The notes under the pieces: model-generated
What the model saw: the letters and a program-made list of their open reading frames with translations, nothing else
Databases searched by the model: none
What the model was told of the DNA's origin: nothing
Assembly (NCBI GenBank): GCA_018304385.1
Contig: JAGVWJ010000015.1
Coordinates: forward strand, 1-57,724
Direction of reading: 5' to 3'
DNA from: Candidatus Micrarchaeota archaeon
GTDB taxonomy: Archaea; Micrarchaeota; Micrarchaeia; Anstonellales; Bilamarchaeaceae
Length of the DNA stretch: 57,724 nucleotides
Position numbers and translations under genes: made by a program
Part shown: one piece after another, positions 15,170 to 24,423 of the stretch
How the letters are laid out: each line of letters begins with the position of its first letter
Numbering within the stretch: the first letter of the stretch is position 1

Positions 15170-16492
15170 TTATGAGAGCTTCATACCGCCCAGCTTTCCG
15201 CCTTTCATCATTTTTTCTAATTGTGAGCGGAAGCCGCGATTATGCTTATACATATTAATCATTTTTTCCATTTTCTCAAATTGAGATAAGAACTCACGAA
15301 CTTCGCTTTCTTTTGTTCCACTGCCTTTTGCAATGCGTGCTACGCGAGAGGCTGCTTTCTTAAGCAATAAAGCATCTTTACGTTCTGCAGGCGTCATAGA
15401 ATTTATCATTGCCTCGAATTTTTTCATTTTTTCTTCTCCTTGATGCAACATTTCTTTCGGCACATCAACTGCTCCAAGCATACCAAGCACGCCACTAAGC
15501 GGGCCAAGTTTTTTTGCTTGTTTCAGCTGATCATAAAACATTTGAATAGTGAATTCTTCTTTCTCGAATTTCTTGATATCCTCTTCTGTTGTTATTTTCT
15601 GTACTTTTTCTATTAATCCTGCAATATCTGGCACACCTAATAATTTTCCAACAAACTTATCTGCATTATAAATCTCAAAATCCTCAACCTTCTCGCCTAA
15701 ACCTATAAACGCAGTTTTTGCATTTGTTGCTGAAACAGCACTAAGCGCTCCGCCACCCTTGCCTGAACCATCCATCTTAGTGATAATGACTCCACTTAGT
15801 GGAGAAATTTTATTAAATTCCTCTGCTTGCTTACCAGCAACTTGTCCAATATCTGCACTAACAACAAGATATGTTTCATCTGGTTTAAGCGCAGCATTTA
15901 TTTCTTCTAACTCGCGCACAAGCATATCATCAAATGCGCTTCTTCCAGCAGAATCAACAATTACTATGTCTTCTTTTGCCTGTTTAACGCCAGCAGAAAC
16001 TATTTTTGCTGCATTGAGCTCGCTTTTAATTGTAAAAAAATTAACATTTACTTTTTTCGCTAACTGCTCGAGCTGCTCTTGGGCTGCTGGACGCTCGACA
16101 TCTGCAGCAATAACTAGCACGCTTAATCCTCTAGACTTATAGAAATGCGCAATCTTGCTAACGCTCGTAGTTTTTCCAGACCCGAATAATCCACATAATA
16201 AAATCTTATGTTTATCCAATCTTGGTTCATAAGTCTTTCCAAGCAGTGCAACAAGTTCTTCATAAACAACTTTTAGCACATGCTCCTTAAGCGAGAGTGC
16301 TTCTAGTTTCTTGCTTTTTAATGAACGTTCTTCTATTCTTTTGGAAAGCTCAAAAACTAGTTTAACATTAACATCACTAGCAATAAGCACACGCTGTAAG
16401 TCTTTTATTAAAGCGCGAACTGCATCTTCATCCACGTATGGCTTGCCTGTTAGTTTAGCCAACGCTTCGCGTAGTTTTTTGCCTAGATCCAT
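15170..16492 (-). CDS. srp54: signal recognition particle protein SRP54
   Basis: N domain, GTPase GLFGSGKTTS/DSAGR/TKMDG, Met-rich M domain. Start set at ATG 16492 (ggtgaaaaatATG) rather than GTG 16504. Confidence 0.95.
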   Translation of the reverse strand: MDLGKKLREALAKLTGKPYVDEDAVRALIKDLQRVLIASDVNVKLVFELSKRIEERSLKSKKLEALSLKEHVLKVVYEELVALLGKTYEPRLDKHKILLCGLFGSGKTTSVSKIAHFYKSRGLSVLVIAADVERPAAQEQLEQLAKKVNVNFFTIKSELNAAKIVSAGVKQAKEDIVIVDSAGRSAFDDMLVRELEEINAALKPDETYLVVSADIGQVAGKQAEEFNKISPLSGVIITKMDGSGKGGGALSAVSATNAKTAFIGLGEKVEDFEIYNADKFVGKLLGVPDIAGLIEKVQKITTEEDIKKFEKEEFTIQMFYDQLKQAKKLGPLSGVLGMLGAVDVPKEMLHQGEEKMKKFEAMINSMTPAERKDALLLKKAASRVARIAKGSGTKESEVREFLSQFEKMEKMINMYKHNRGFRSQLEKMMKGGKLGGMKLS

Positions 16493-16595
16493 ATTTTTCA
16501 CCAAAAATGTGGAGATTTGCCAGTTATGGCAAACTGATCCATAGTTATAATCTAGGTAATATTGGTTTTATATAATTATCATATATAAATTAGCT

Positions 16596-17738
16596 ATGGC
16601 AAAGGAGGGGGAAATTCCAATGAAAGAGATTATACCGTTTACAGAATTATTTGGTTCATTGTTTGATAAATACTGGGGACAATTTTATGAAACACACAAA
16701 GCAGAATTTGAAGAATTTTTGAAAGTTAATAAGCTTACTGATGAAAAACTAGCAAAATCGGGAACAAATAAAGAAGAGTTAGGAAAACAGTTCTGCGCAG
16801 TACAGCTTTCTTATTATTTATTTAGATATAGTGGACTACTTAATGTCAGATATACGCGGGTTGAGAACCGAGAAGAAATAAAAGGAAAAATAGAAGTTGC
16901 ATCAGGTCCACCTCTAAAAACAAGCGACATCATGGGTGAAAGGTTCGGATTAATGCTATCAGATATACTAAGCGGAAGAATGTATAAAATGCCTGGTGCT
17001 TTAGACACGTTTAGCACTTTTGGTGATTGCGATGAAACTGCTTTTTTAATAGCCCAAGGTATTGATGCAATAAACAAAGCACATAATCTTGGCATGCAAA
17101 TTAGTTTAGTTCCAATATCTAATCACACAAATGTTGGAATAAAATTCAATGGAGTGAGGGGGGTATTTAGAATTGACCCGACAATGCTTGTTCATGGTAT
17201 AGAAGGTGGAAAATATCCTGAAAAACCATTCACTAAAGAAGATCTTGAAGAAATTGCAATGAACGAAGAGCCGCAAGAAAAAGAGTATAAAGAAAAGATT
17301 ATTCCGCGCCTTAACAGAAAGATAGGACCTATAACAAGTGATACATTAGTACATAGATCGCAAGCCGAAAGAATAGAAAACGCAGTTGCAACTGCGAGTA
17401 CTAACTCTTATTTCAATCTTAATCTCGCATTTGCCTCTATGCGAATCTTAATGAGCAAAAGTGTTAGAGATAAACCTGAAACACTTGCAAAGGTTACAAG
17501 ATATATCGAAAAACTAGAAAATGCTAATCCTGAATTAATAGATATTGTAAATAGATGCCTTGCTGCATTTGATAAAAATTACGGTCAAGCATTAAGCAAA
17601 CTACAAGAAGTTCAAAAAGGATTAACACCAGCACAAAGCCTAGAACTACTAAAAACAGTTGCTAAGGAGATGGCTAAAGGAAAGGATGTTTATGCGGCAA
17701 TTAAACTAGCAGGTCCCAAAATAGCTATGGCTGGTTAA
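16596..17738 (+). CDS. hypothetical protein with transglutaminase-like Cys-His-Asp core
   Basis: GDCDETAFLIAQGI..SNHTNVGI..FRIDPT has the spacing of the transglutaminase-like cysteine protease fold. The rest is unassigned. Confidence 0.45.
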   Translation: MAKEGEIPMKEIIPFTELFGSLFDKYWGQFYETHKAEFEEFLKVNKLTDEKLAKSGTNKEELGKQFCAVQLSYYLFRYSGLLNVRYTRVENREEIKGKIEVASGPPLKTSDIMGERFGLMLSDILSGRMYKMPGALDTFSTFGDCDETAFLIAQGIDAINKAHNLGMQISLVPISNHTNVGIKFNGVRGVFRIDPTMLVHGIEGGKYPEKPFTKEDLEEIAMNEEPQEKEYKEKIIPRLNRKIGPITSDTLVHRSQAERIENAVATASTNSYFNLNLAFASMRILMSKSVRDKPETLAKVTRYIEKLENANPELIDIVNRCLAAFDKNYGQALSKLQEVQKGLTPAQSLELLKTVAKEMAKGKDVYAAIKLAGPKIAMAG

Positions 17739-17746
17739 AACTGGGG

Positions 17747-17771
17747 AAAAATGTTACCTAGTAACATTTTT
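17747..17771 (+). terminator. perfect 11-bp palindrome after gene 16596..17738
   Basis: aaaaatgttac-cta-gtaacattttt lies 9 nt after the stop and carries T runs. Confidence 0.4.
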
Positions 17772-17863
17772 AAACTTTAGTCTATATATAAAAATACGAC
17801 TTTTAGTTGATTTAATAAGCGTAGTATAATTATTCTAAAAAATTGAGACAATTTTGAGGACTA

Positions 17864-17880
17864 TTTGAACAATGTTCAAA
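17864..17880. promoter_or_regulatory. 8+1+8 perfect palindrome upstream of the thermosome gene
   Basis: tttgaaca-a-tgttcaaa lies 34-50 nt before ATG 17914. Confidence 0.35.
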
Positions 17881-17884
17881 AGTT

Positions 17885-17905
17885 CTCGATTTTAAAAAAA
17901 TCGAG
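17885..17905. promoter_or_regulatory. 9+3+9 perfect palindrome overlapping the thermosome SD
   Basis: ctcgatttt-aaa-aaaatcgag; its right arm runs into GAGGTGGAtttATG. Confidence 0.35.
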
Positions 17906-17913
17906 GTGGATTT

Positions 17914-19572
17914 ATGGGTAGACAAGTTAGTGGAGAACAAGTATATGTATTACCAGAAGGCGCACAGCGCGTTTTGGGCAGAGATGCAATGCGTGTTAAT
18001 ATCGCAATAGGCTATGCTGTTGCAAATATAGTAAAAACTACATTAGGTCCAAAGGGTATGGATAAGATGTTAGTAAGCGACTTAGGAGATATTGTAATTA
18101 CAAACGATGGTGCAACAATCTTGGAAGAAATGAATGTTGATCATCCTGCAGCAAAACTAATGGTTGAAATAGCAAAAACACAGGATAAAGAAGTTGGCGA
18201 TGGGACAACTACAAGCGTAGTTATTGCTGGAAATTTACTTAAAAAAGCTGGCGAGATGTTAGACAACAACATTCACCCTACTACGATTGTCAAAGGTTAC
18301 GAATTAGCAGGCAAAAAAGCAGAAGAAATGCTTAACAAACTAGCTGAAAAAGTAGATATAAATGATGTTGAAACATTAGATAAAATTGCATTAGTTGCAA
18401 TGGGCTCAAAGGGCATTGGTACTTCAGAGGAGAAAACAAAAATAGCGAAGCTACTTGTTCATGCAGTAAAACAAGTTGCAGAGAATAAAGACGGAAAAAT
18501 AGTAATAGACCAAGATTTTATAAAACTAGAGAAAAAAGCTGGCGGAGATGTAATGGGTACTGAGCTTATTGAAGGCGTTTTAGTTGACAAAGAGGTAGTA
18601 CATACTGGAATGCCAAAAACAATAAAGGATGCAAAAATTGCATTACTTGATGCTGCATTGGAAATAGAAAAAACAGAAATAGATGCTAAGATAGAAATAA
18701 CATCTCCGGATCAAATGGAAACATTCCTGAAGCAAGAAGAAAAAATGCTAAGAGAAATGGTTGACAAAATTTCGGCAAGCGGCGCAAACGTAGTATTCTG
18801 CCAAAAAGGCATTGATGATTTAGCACAACACTATTTGGCAAAGAAAGGAATTGCAGCTGTACGCAGAGTAAAAAAGAGCGATATGGAAAAACTCTCACGA
18901 GCAACAGGTGCAGCAGTTGCAAGCAGCCTAGAAGACCTTAAGAAAGAGGATTTAGGGTTTGCAGGATTAGTAGAAGAAAAAAGAGTAGGTGGCGAGGCAA
19001 TGACATTTGTACGCCAATGCAAAGATCCAAGAAGCGTTACAATCCTGGTTCGCGGTGGAACAGACCACGTAGTAAGCGAAGTTGAACGCGCAATTGTAGA
19101 TGCACGCGGTGCAGTTTCAAGTGCTTTGATCGATGGTCAATTTGTTGTTGGTGGCGGCAGTGTAGAAATGGAATTAAGCAAAGAGCTTAATGCATATGCT
19201 GTTGAAATTGGCGGACGCGAGCAATTAGCAATACAAGGATTTGCAGAGGCATTAGAATCAATTCCACGTACTTTGGCAGAAAACGCAGGTATGGATGCAA
19301 TTGACACAATTGTTACATTAAAGAACAAACACAAGAAAGAGGACGGCAAACACTTTGGTGTTGACATTTGGAGTGGCAAGGTAGAAGAACTAAGAAGCAA
19401 GGGCATCTACGAGCCAGCCAAGGTCAAAAGACAGGCAATGTCTAGCGCTGTAGAAACTGCAAGATTAATACTAAGAATAGACGACATAATCTCAAGCAGA
19501 GGAAAGGGCGGCGGAATGCCTCCAGGCATGGGCGGTATGCCACCTGGCGGAATGGGCGGAGATATGGAGTAA
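17914..19572 (+). CDS. ths: thermosome subunit (group II chaperonin)
   Basis: Full-length group II chaperonin ([24 protein letters not shown]) with a [17 protein letters not shown] tail. Confidence 0.97.
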   Translation: MGRQVSGEQVYVLPEGAQRVLGRDAMRVNIAIGYAVANIVKTTLGPKGMDKMLVSDLGDIVITNDGATILEEMNVDHPAAKLMVEIAKTQDKEVGDGTTTSVVIAGNLLKKAGEMLDNNIHPTTIVKGYELAGKKAEEMLNKLAEKVDINDVETLDKIALVAMGSKGIGTSEEKTKIAKLLVHAVKQVAENKDGKIVIDQDFIKLEKKAGGDVMGTELIEGVLVDKEVVHTGMPKTIKDAKIALLDAALEIEKTEIDAKIEITSPDQMETFLKQEEKMLREMVDKISASGANVVFCQKGIDDLAQHYLAKKGIAAVRRVKKSDMEKLSRATGAAVASSLEDLKKEDLGFAGLVEEKRVGGEAMTFVRQCKDPRSVTILVRGGTDHVVSEVERAIVDARGAVSSALIDGQFVVGGGSVEMELSKELNAYAVEIGGREQLAIQGFAEALESIPRTLAENAGMDAIDTIVTLKNKHKKEDGKHFGVDIWSGKVEELRSKGIYEPAKVKRQAMSSAVETARLILRIDDIISSRGKGGGMPPGMGGMPPGGMGGDME

Positions 19573-19601
19573 CTACTGCCTTCGGCAGTGGGCAGTGAGC
19601 C
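19573..19601 (+). repeat. heptad-periodic GC-rich array R2 (with hairpin and T-run)
   Basis: ctgcctt cggcagt gggcagt gagcc starts 1 nt after the thermosome stop. ctgcc-ttc-ggcag can fold. It is followed by ctttttttctttttt, between convergent ths and glnA. Confidence 0.7.
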
Positions 19602-19652
19602 TTTTTTTCTTTTTTATTTATTTTTCTTTTTCTATACTTATATAAGGAAAAA

Positions 19653-21023
19653 CTAGACGTTCCAATACTTTTCCAATTCCCACGGACTTACGCTACGTAA
19701 AGAATCTTGGTGCTCTGATATTTTAAGATCAATATATGCATCTAGGAATTCCTGCGGGATTACTCCTTTTATGTATTTAGGATCAGACTCGAACGATTCC
19801 ATCGCTGCATAGAGCGAATTCGGTAATGCGTTCCATTTCCTTTTCTTAACCTCTTCTCCTTCTTCATCCAATGGATCGCCTGGGTCAATCTTATTCTTTA
19901 TGCCATCTAACCCAGCACTCATTACAACTGCATATGCCAAATAAGGATTAACGCTTGGATCAGCAGCAGTATAAACAATACGCTTGCCTTCCTTGTAATT
20001 CTTACGAACATGTGGCACGTTTACAACAGTTTTCTTATTTAATTTACTCCATGCAACAACACGCGGGTCAACTGCAAGATGTTTATATGAATTTGTAAGT
20101 GGCATTGTAAATAGCGATAGCGAGGCTGCATGCTCAAGCAAACCACCAATAAAATATCTTCCAGTTTGACTTAACTGCGCATACTCATCAGTACCATCAT
20201 AGAATACATTATTATCTGCAGTTTTCCATAAGCTAGTAGAAATATGCAATGAACTACCTCGCTCGCCTTCAATAGGGTAAGGCATAAATGTTGGTGCTGC
20301 ATTAACTGCATTTGCTAAATTACGAACAACAAATTTTAATGTTGAGAATGCATCGCCTGCTGTTTTTACTCCATACTCTTTTATATCAACGCTTTGATGC
20401 GCTGTTTTGCCCTTACCATGACGATGCGAATCAATTGCATAACCAAATGTATCATCTAAGGTTTCTGCTATTTGTACACGGGCTGAATACATGCTATCGT
20501 ATGGCTGTGCTGTTAATGCATTATCAACACTTGAGAGAGGGGATGGAGACCAGAATGATTCACGAGAATCTACTATTGTGCCACTGCCGCGGCCATGTGC
20601 TGTTCGATCTGTTGTTGCAGTATCCATAATATAAAATTCCACAGTAGCGCCAACTCTAGATGTTTTAATACCAAGCGCTTCGAGATTGGTTTGCGCTCTA
20701 TGGGCGATATAACGTGAATCCTTTAAGTAGCGTTCATTATCTATTGCTGTTACAACATCGCATAACAAACGTATTGTTGATGGCTCCCACGGCAATCTAG
20801 CAATTGTTTCATCATCTGGCAATAAAACAAGCTCGCCTTGTTCGCTTTTTCCAAAAACCAGTTCTAAATCTGCTGCTGCAACCCCTTTTGTAAACATATA
20901 TTCTTCAACATCACGATGAGAAATAGTTGCTTTATTTAGAAAACCAGCAACATCAAAGAATTGCAAATCAACCCATTTTATTTCATTAGTAGCAATATAT
21001 TTCAATACTTCTTCTGCAGCCAC
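19653..21023 (-). CDS. glnA: glutamine synthetase (type I-like)
   Basis: N-terminal beta-grasp (IKWVDLQFFDVAGFL) and catalytic-domain motifs over 456 aa. GTG start preceded by ATGAGGTGAttct. Confidence 0.9.
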   Translation of the reverse strand: MAAEEVLKYIATNEIKWVDLQFFDVAGFLNKATISHRDVEEYMFTKGVAAADLELVFGKSEQGELVLLPDDETIARLPWEPSTIRLLCDVVTAIDNERYLKDSRYIAHRAQTNLEALGIKTSRVGATVEFYIMDTATTDRTAHGRGSGTIVDSRESFWSPSPLSSVDNALTAQPYDSMYSARVQIAETLDDTFGYAIDSHRHGKGKTAHQSVDIKEYGVKTAGDAFSTLKFVVRNLANAVNAAPTFMPYPIEGERGSSLHISTSLWKTADNNVFYDGTDEYAQLSQTGRYFIGGLLEHAASLSLFTMPLTNSYKHLAVDPRVVAWSKLNKKTVVNVPHVRKNYKEGKRIVYTAADPSVNPYLAYAVVMSAGLDGIKNKIDPGDPLDEEGEEVKKRKWNALPNSLYAAMESFESDPKYIKGVIPQEFLDAYIDLKISEHQDSLRSVSPWELEKYWNV

Positions 21024-21091
21024 AGAATCACCTCATCCGATAATACACGCGCTAGTTATAAATAAATATGTTTCGCTTTAGAGGCATCATC

Positions 21092-22348
21092 ATGAATTAT
21101 CAAAAAATGCTAAAAGCATATTATGCTAATTGCGAGTTAAATTTACCAATAGAAGAAATAAACCATAGATATTTCAGATTTGATGTTCTTGGAAGATTTG
21201 TTAAGATAAAGAAAAGTATTAAAGACAATGAGGAGCTCGCTAGGATACTTTATCGCTATGCACCTACAAACGCATATTACTCAGTATCAAAATGGCTTAG
21301 CCCAGGAGAAGTTGAACCAACGTATAAAGCAAAAAGCATAATCCAAAGTATGTTTTTAGGAAGTGATATCGCATTTGATATTGATTTCAAACCATTTTCA
21401 ATTGAGAATATTGAACGCGCAAGAATAGAAACTGTTAAGCTGATTGATTTTCTAGAACAAAAAGAAATTAAAATAAAATATATTGCATTTAGCGGTGGAA
21501 AAGGATTTCATGTTTTATGTAAAGATCCGAACCGCTATTTGCATGAACATCCTTTAGAGAGAGAGCGGGCTGCGAAACGGTATAGGATGCTATTGGTGGA
21601 TGATGTCGCTAAGGAGAATATAGAAATAGATACTTCTGTAACAATCGATACAAGGCGCATAATCCGCATACCTGGCACAATTAATGCAAAGACAGGATAT
21701 ATATGCCGTGTGCTTGAGGAAAATGAGATATTAAATAGTGCAAGCGAAATAATTAAAAACACACCTAGAGTAAAACAATCTACCCTCGCGACCGTATGGG
21801 ATGAGGTACAGCTTCGCTGTATTCGTATTATATCTAAGCGAGCAGTGCGATCGAGGGTAAGCCCTGCTCCATTTTATCTTACTACTTTTTTATCAAACAC
21901 TGTGATTGGTCCAAAAGATCGTTGCGTCCCTTTTTTTGTTTATAATAGAAGACTAGAGAAAGTAGAAAGAGAATTATTAGAATTACAAAGTACTTACACA
22001 TTAGGAAATATATACGTACTTAGCTCAGAAAATTCAACATTTGCATTTTCTATTGACTCTTTGCCATTGCGACGTATGGAAAAAATATTAAAGGCAAGCT
22101 CAAGCAGCGGGATAAATAAATTATTAAAATATAAGCAACTTTTCATGCGTATTGAACAGGAAGAAGACAAAGATGGAAAAATACTAAAAGAAAAACCAAA
22201 ACTAGTAAAGATTCTATTTGCAGAATCAAAGCATATTCAAAGCGCTGGCCATGCACAGTTTTTAAAAGATTATTATGGAATATCAGTTGAAGGTAATTTA
22301 CACGGTAACAGTGAGTATAAAATTATTCCTTCTGTGATAAAAATTTAG
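21092..22348 (+). CDS. priS: archaeo-eukaryotic primase (PriS-like) with C-terminal extension
   Basis: AEP motif I IAFDIDF, motif II FSGGKGFHV, motif III IDTSVTIDTRRIIRIPGTINAKTG. ATG 21092 lies about 28 nt after gttataaataaa (leaderless); alternative ATG at 21068. Confidence 0.75.
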   Translation: MNYQKMLKAYYANCELNLPIEEINHRYFRFDVLGRFVKIKKSIKDNEELARILYRYAPTNAYYSVSKWLSPGEVEPTYKAKSIIQSMFLGSDIAFDIDFKPFSIENIERARIETVKLIDFLEQKEIKIKYIAFSGGKGFHVLCKDPNRYLHEHPLERERAAKRYRMLLVDDVAKENIEIDTSVTIDTRRIIRIPGTINAKTGYICRVLEENEILNSASEIIKNTPRVKQSTLATVWDEVQLRCIRIISKRAVRSRVSPAPFYLTTFLSNTVIGPKDRCVPFFVYNRRLEKVERELLELQSTYTLGNIYVLSSENSTFAFSIDSLPLRRMEKILKASSSSGINKLLKYKQLFMRIEQEEDKDGKILKEKPKLVKILFAESKHIQSAGHAQFLKDYYGISVEGNLHGNSEYKIIPSVIKI

Positions 22349-22356
22349 GTGGTAAT

Positions 22357-22614
22357 ATGGGATTCTGGGATTTCTTATTTGGTGGTGGAGGTAGTAGTGG
22401 CAGTTCTGGTGGTGGATTTGGCGGAAATTACGGTTACGATAAACTATTGGGTTGGGCAGAGCGAATAGTCGGACCTTTAAAAAAAGGCATGACTAATATA
22501 GAGATTGAGAATTATATCTCATCAATAAACAAAAAGAAAACAGCCGAAGGCGCTCCATTATCAGAAGAAGCAATAGACGCACTCAGAGATTATATGAAAA
22601 AGAAATTTGGGTAG
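22357..22614 (+). CDS. small Gly-rich hypothetical protein
   Basis: SD aggtggtaatATG. 85 aa with a GGGGSSGSSGGGFGG tract. Confidence 0.4.
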   Translation: MGFWDFLFGGGGSSGSSGGGFGGNYGYDKLLGWAERIVGPLKKGMTNIEIENYISSINKKKTAEGAPLSEEAIDALRDYMKKKFG

Positions 22615-22617
22615 TAA

Positions 22618-23319
22618 TTATTTTCCATATCTTCTCTTTCTCTTTGCATAATCATTTAGTGCAGCAAGAAAATCTTTTTTAGAAAAATCTGGCCAGAGTT
22701 TTTTTGAAAAGTATAATTCACTATAGCATGCCTGCCATGGCAAGAATCCGCTTAGACGTTGCTCGCCAGATGTACGAATAATTAAATCAGGATCAGGTAA
22801 ACTTTTAGTATATACATGCTCGCTTATTGTTTTTTCGTTAATATTATGCAACCCATTCTTTATTATTTTATTAACTGCATCAACTAATTCTTCCCTTCCA
22901 CCATAGCCCAACATTAAATTAAGCTGATATTTACGCTCCGTTCCAGCAGTTATTTCTTCTGCTTTTCTCATCATCTCTTGAATTATTCTTGGAAAAACTT
23001 CTATGCGACCAAAAAAGCGAACTCGCAATTCACGTTTATTAGTATCATCACTATCTATTGCTTCTTTTAGATTTTTTCTAAATAAATCAAATAAAATTGC
23101 AACCTCTTTGTTATCACGCTTCATATTATCAGTGCTGAACCCCCACATTGTAAGCATTGGTACGCCTGCTTCTTTGCACCATTTCAGTACGTCGCCAATG
23201 TGCCTGATGCCTATTGCGTATGCCTCTCTGTAATCCATGCCTTTTTTCTTTGCCCAACGACGATTTCCATCAGGTATAATAGCAATATGACGCGGTAGTA
23301 TATCTAACGTTTTAATCAC
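22618..23319 (-). CDS. uppS: undecaprenyl/di-trans,poly-cis-prenyl diphosphate synthase
   Basis: HIAIIPDGNRRWA, RTSGEQRLSGFLPWQ. GTG start. Confidence 0.92.
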   Translation of the reverse strand: MIKTLDILPRHIAIIPDGNRRWAKKKGMDYREAYAIGIRHIGDVLKWCKEAGVPMLTMWGFSTDNMKRDNKEVAILFDLFRKNLKEAIDSDDTNKRELRVRFFGRIEVFPRIIQEMMRKAEEITAGTERKYQLNLMLGYGGREELVDAVNKIIKNGLHNINEKTISEHVYTKSLPDPDLIIRTSGEQRLSGFLPWQACYSELYFSKKLWPDFSKKDFLAALNDYAKRKRRYGK

Positions 23320-23343
23320 CTGATTTAATTAGATAAAATAAGA

Positions 23344-24384
23344 TTAATAAACAACATCATTCAATTTCCTTTTCTCTTTTGCAATCTTTAATTCGCGCGC
23401 AATTCTACGGCCAGTGCTCATCGGCTCATTATAATAATAAAGCGAATAAGGCGAACCGTTCGGATAAAAATTCGTGCCAGCAACAATCCTTGCGCTAATC
23501 TCAAATGCATAGATATCCAAATCATCAGTAATTATTGTTTCAACACAAAACGGTCCGCTCATGCCATCAAATAAATCAAAACTCGACTCACTTACTTTTC
23601 TGCCAATTTCCATATAATCTGCAAGCAAGCTTTCTCTAAGCACAAGTGGTTCATTGCCCATGACAGTAAAGCTAAGGTTTGGTTTTATGCCTACGCTAAC
23701 AGCGCGTGCAATCTCATCTGCACTGCTTTCAACACGACGATCAAAACCAAGCAGCTCGAGCCGGCCTTGTTTTGTTTTATACCCGATATTACTAAAAGGT
23801 GAGAAGAAAAAATGTGGATAAGCACGCACACCAATTAAAAATTCCTGGATCATGCATTCGCGATTGCCAACGCGCAACTGAAATTCTTCGTATGATTTTA
23901 CAATAAAATATCCTTGGCCTCCTTTTGCACCAGGGAATTTTACAAGCACAGGCCTATCAATTTCTTCTGGTTTAAATATACGTGGTGTGCGCACTTTTGC
24001 TTTATTTAGCCATTCAAACATCTTTTCACGAGAGCGCTCCCAAACAACGCTAGAGCGATTGCCGTATATAGGTACGTTTAATTTTTCAAAATTACTACCC
24101 ATGTACTCGACAAAACTACCGTGTGGAATAATTATTGCTTCGCGCGCAACAAGCTCGCTTTCTGGTAAATCTGCATAATCATCTACTACCAAGAATTCAT
24201 CTGGTCGAGCCAGTGGAAAGCTCTCGTAAAGTTCTTTTTTATCTCTTTTAACTATACCAACTGTCTTTATACCTTCAGCTCGCGCTCCTAAAAATATCTG
24301 TAAAGAAGAATGAGAACAAATAGTTGCGATCTTGAAATTTTTATATCCACTTAGAATTCTATTAATTTTATCTCTCGGTACCAT
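23344..24384 (-). CDS. purP: FAICAR synthetase PurP (ATP-grasp), paralog 1
   Basis: IATICSHSSLQIFLGARAEG, ATP-grasp core, length typical of archaeal PurP. Confidence 0.85.
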   Translation of the reverse strand: MVPRDKINRILSGYKNFKIATICSHSSLQIFLGARAEGIKTVGIVKRDKKELYESFPLARPDEFLVVDDYADLPESELVAREAIIIPHGSFVEYMGSNFEKLNVPIYGNRSSVVWERSREKMFEWLNKAKVRTPRIFKPEEIDRPVLVKFPGAKGGQGYFIVKSYEEFQLRVGNRECMIQEFLIGVRAYPHFFFSPFSNIGYKTKQGRLELLGFDRRVESSADEIARAVSVGIKPNLSFTVMGNEPLVLRESLLADYMEIGRKVSESSFDLFDGMSGPFCVETIITDDLDIYAFEISARIVAGTNFYPNGSPYSLYYYNEPMSTGRRIARELKIAKEKRKLNDVVY

Positions 24385-24423
24385 ATTTTATTATGGGCGC
24401 ATTGGATTTAATAGCTTTCTATA

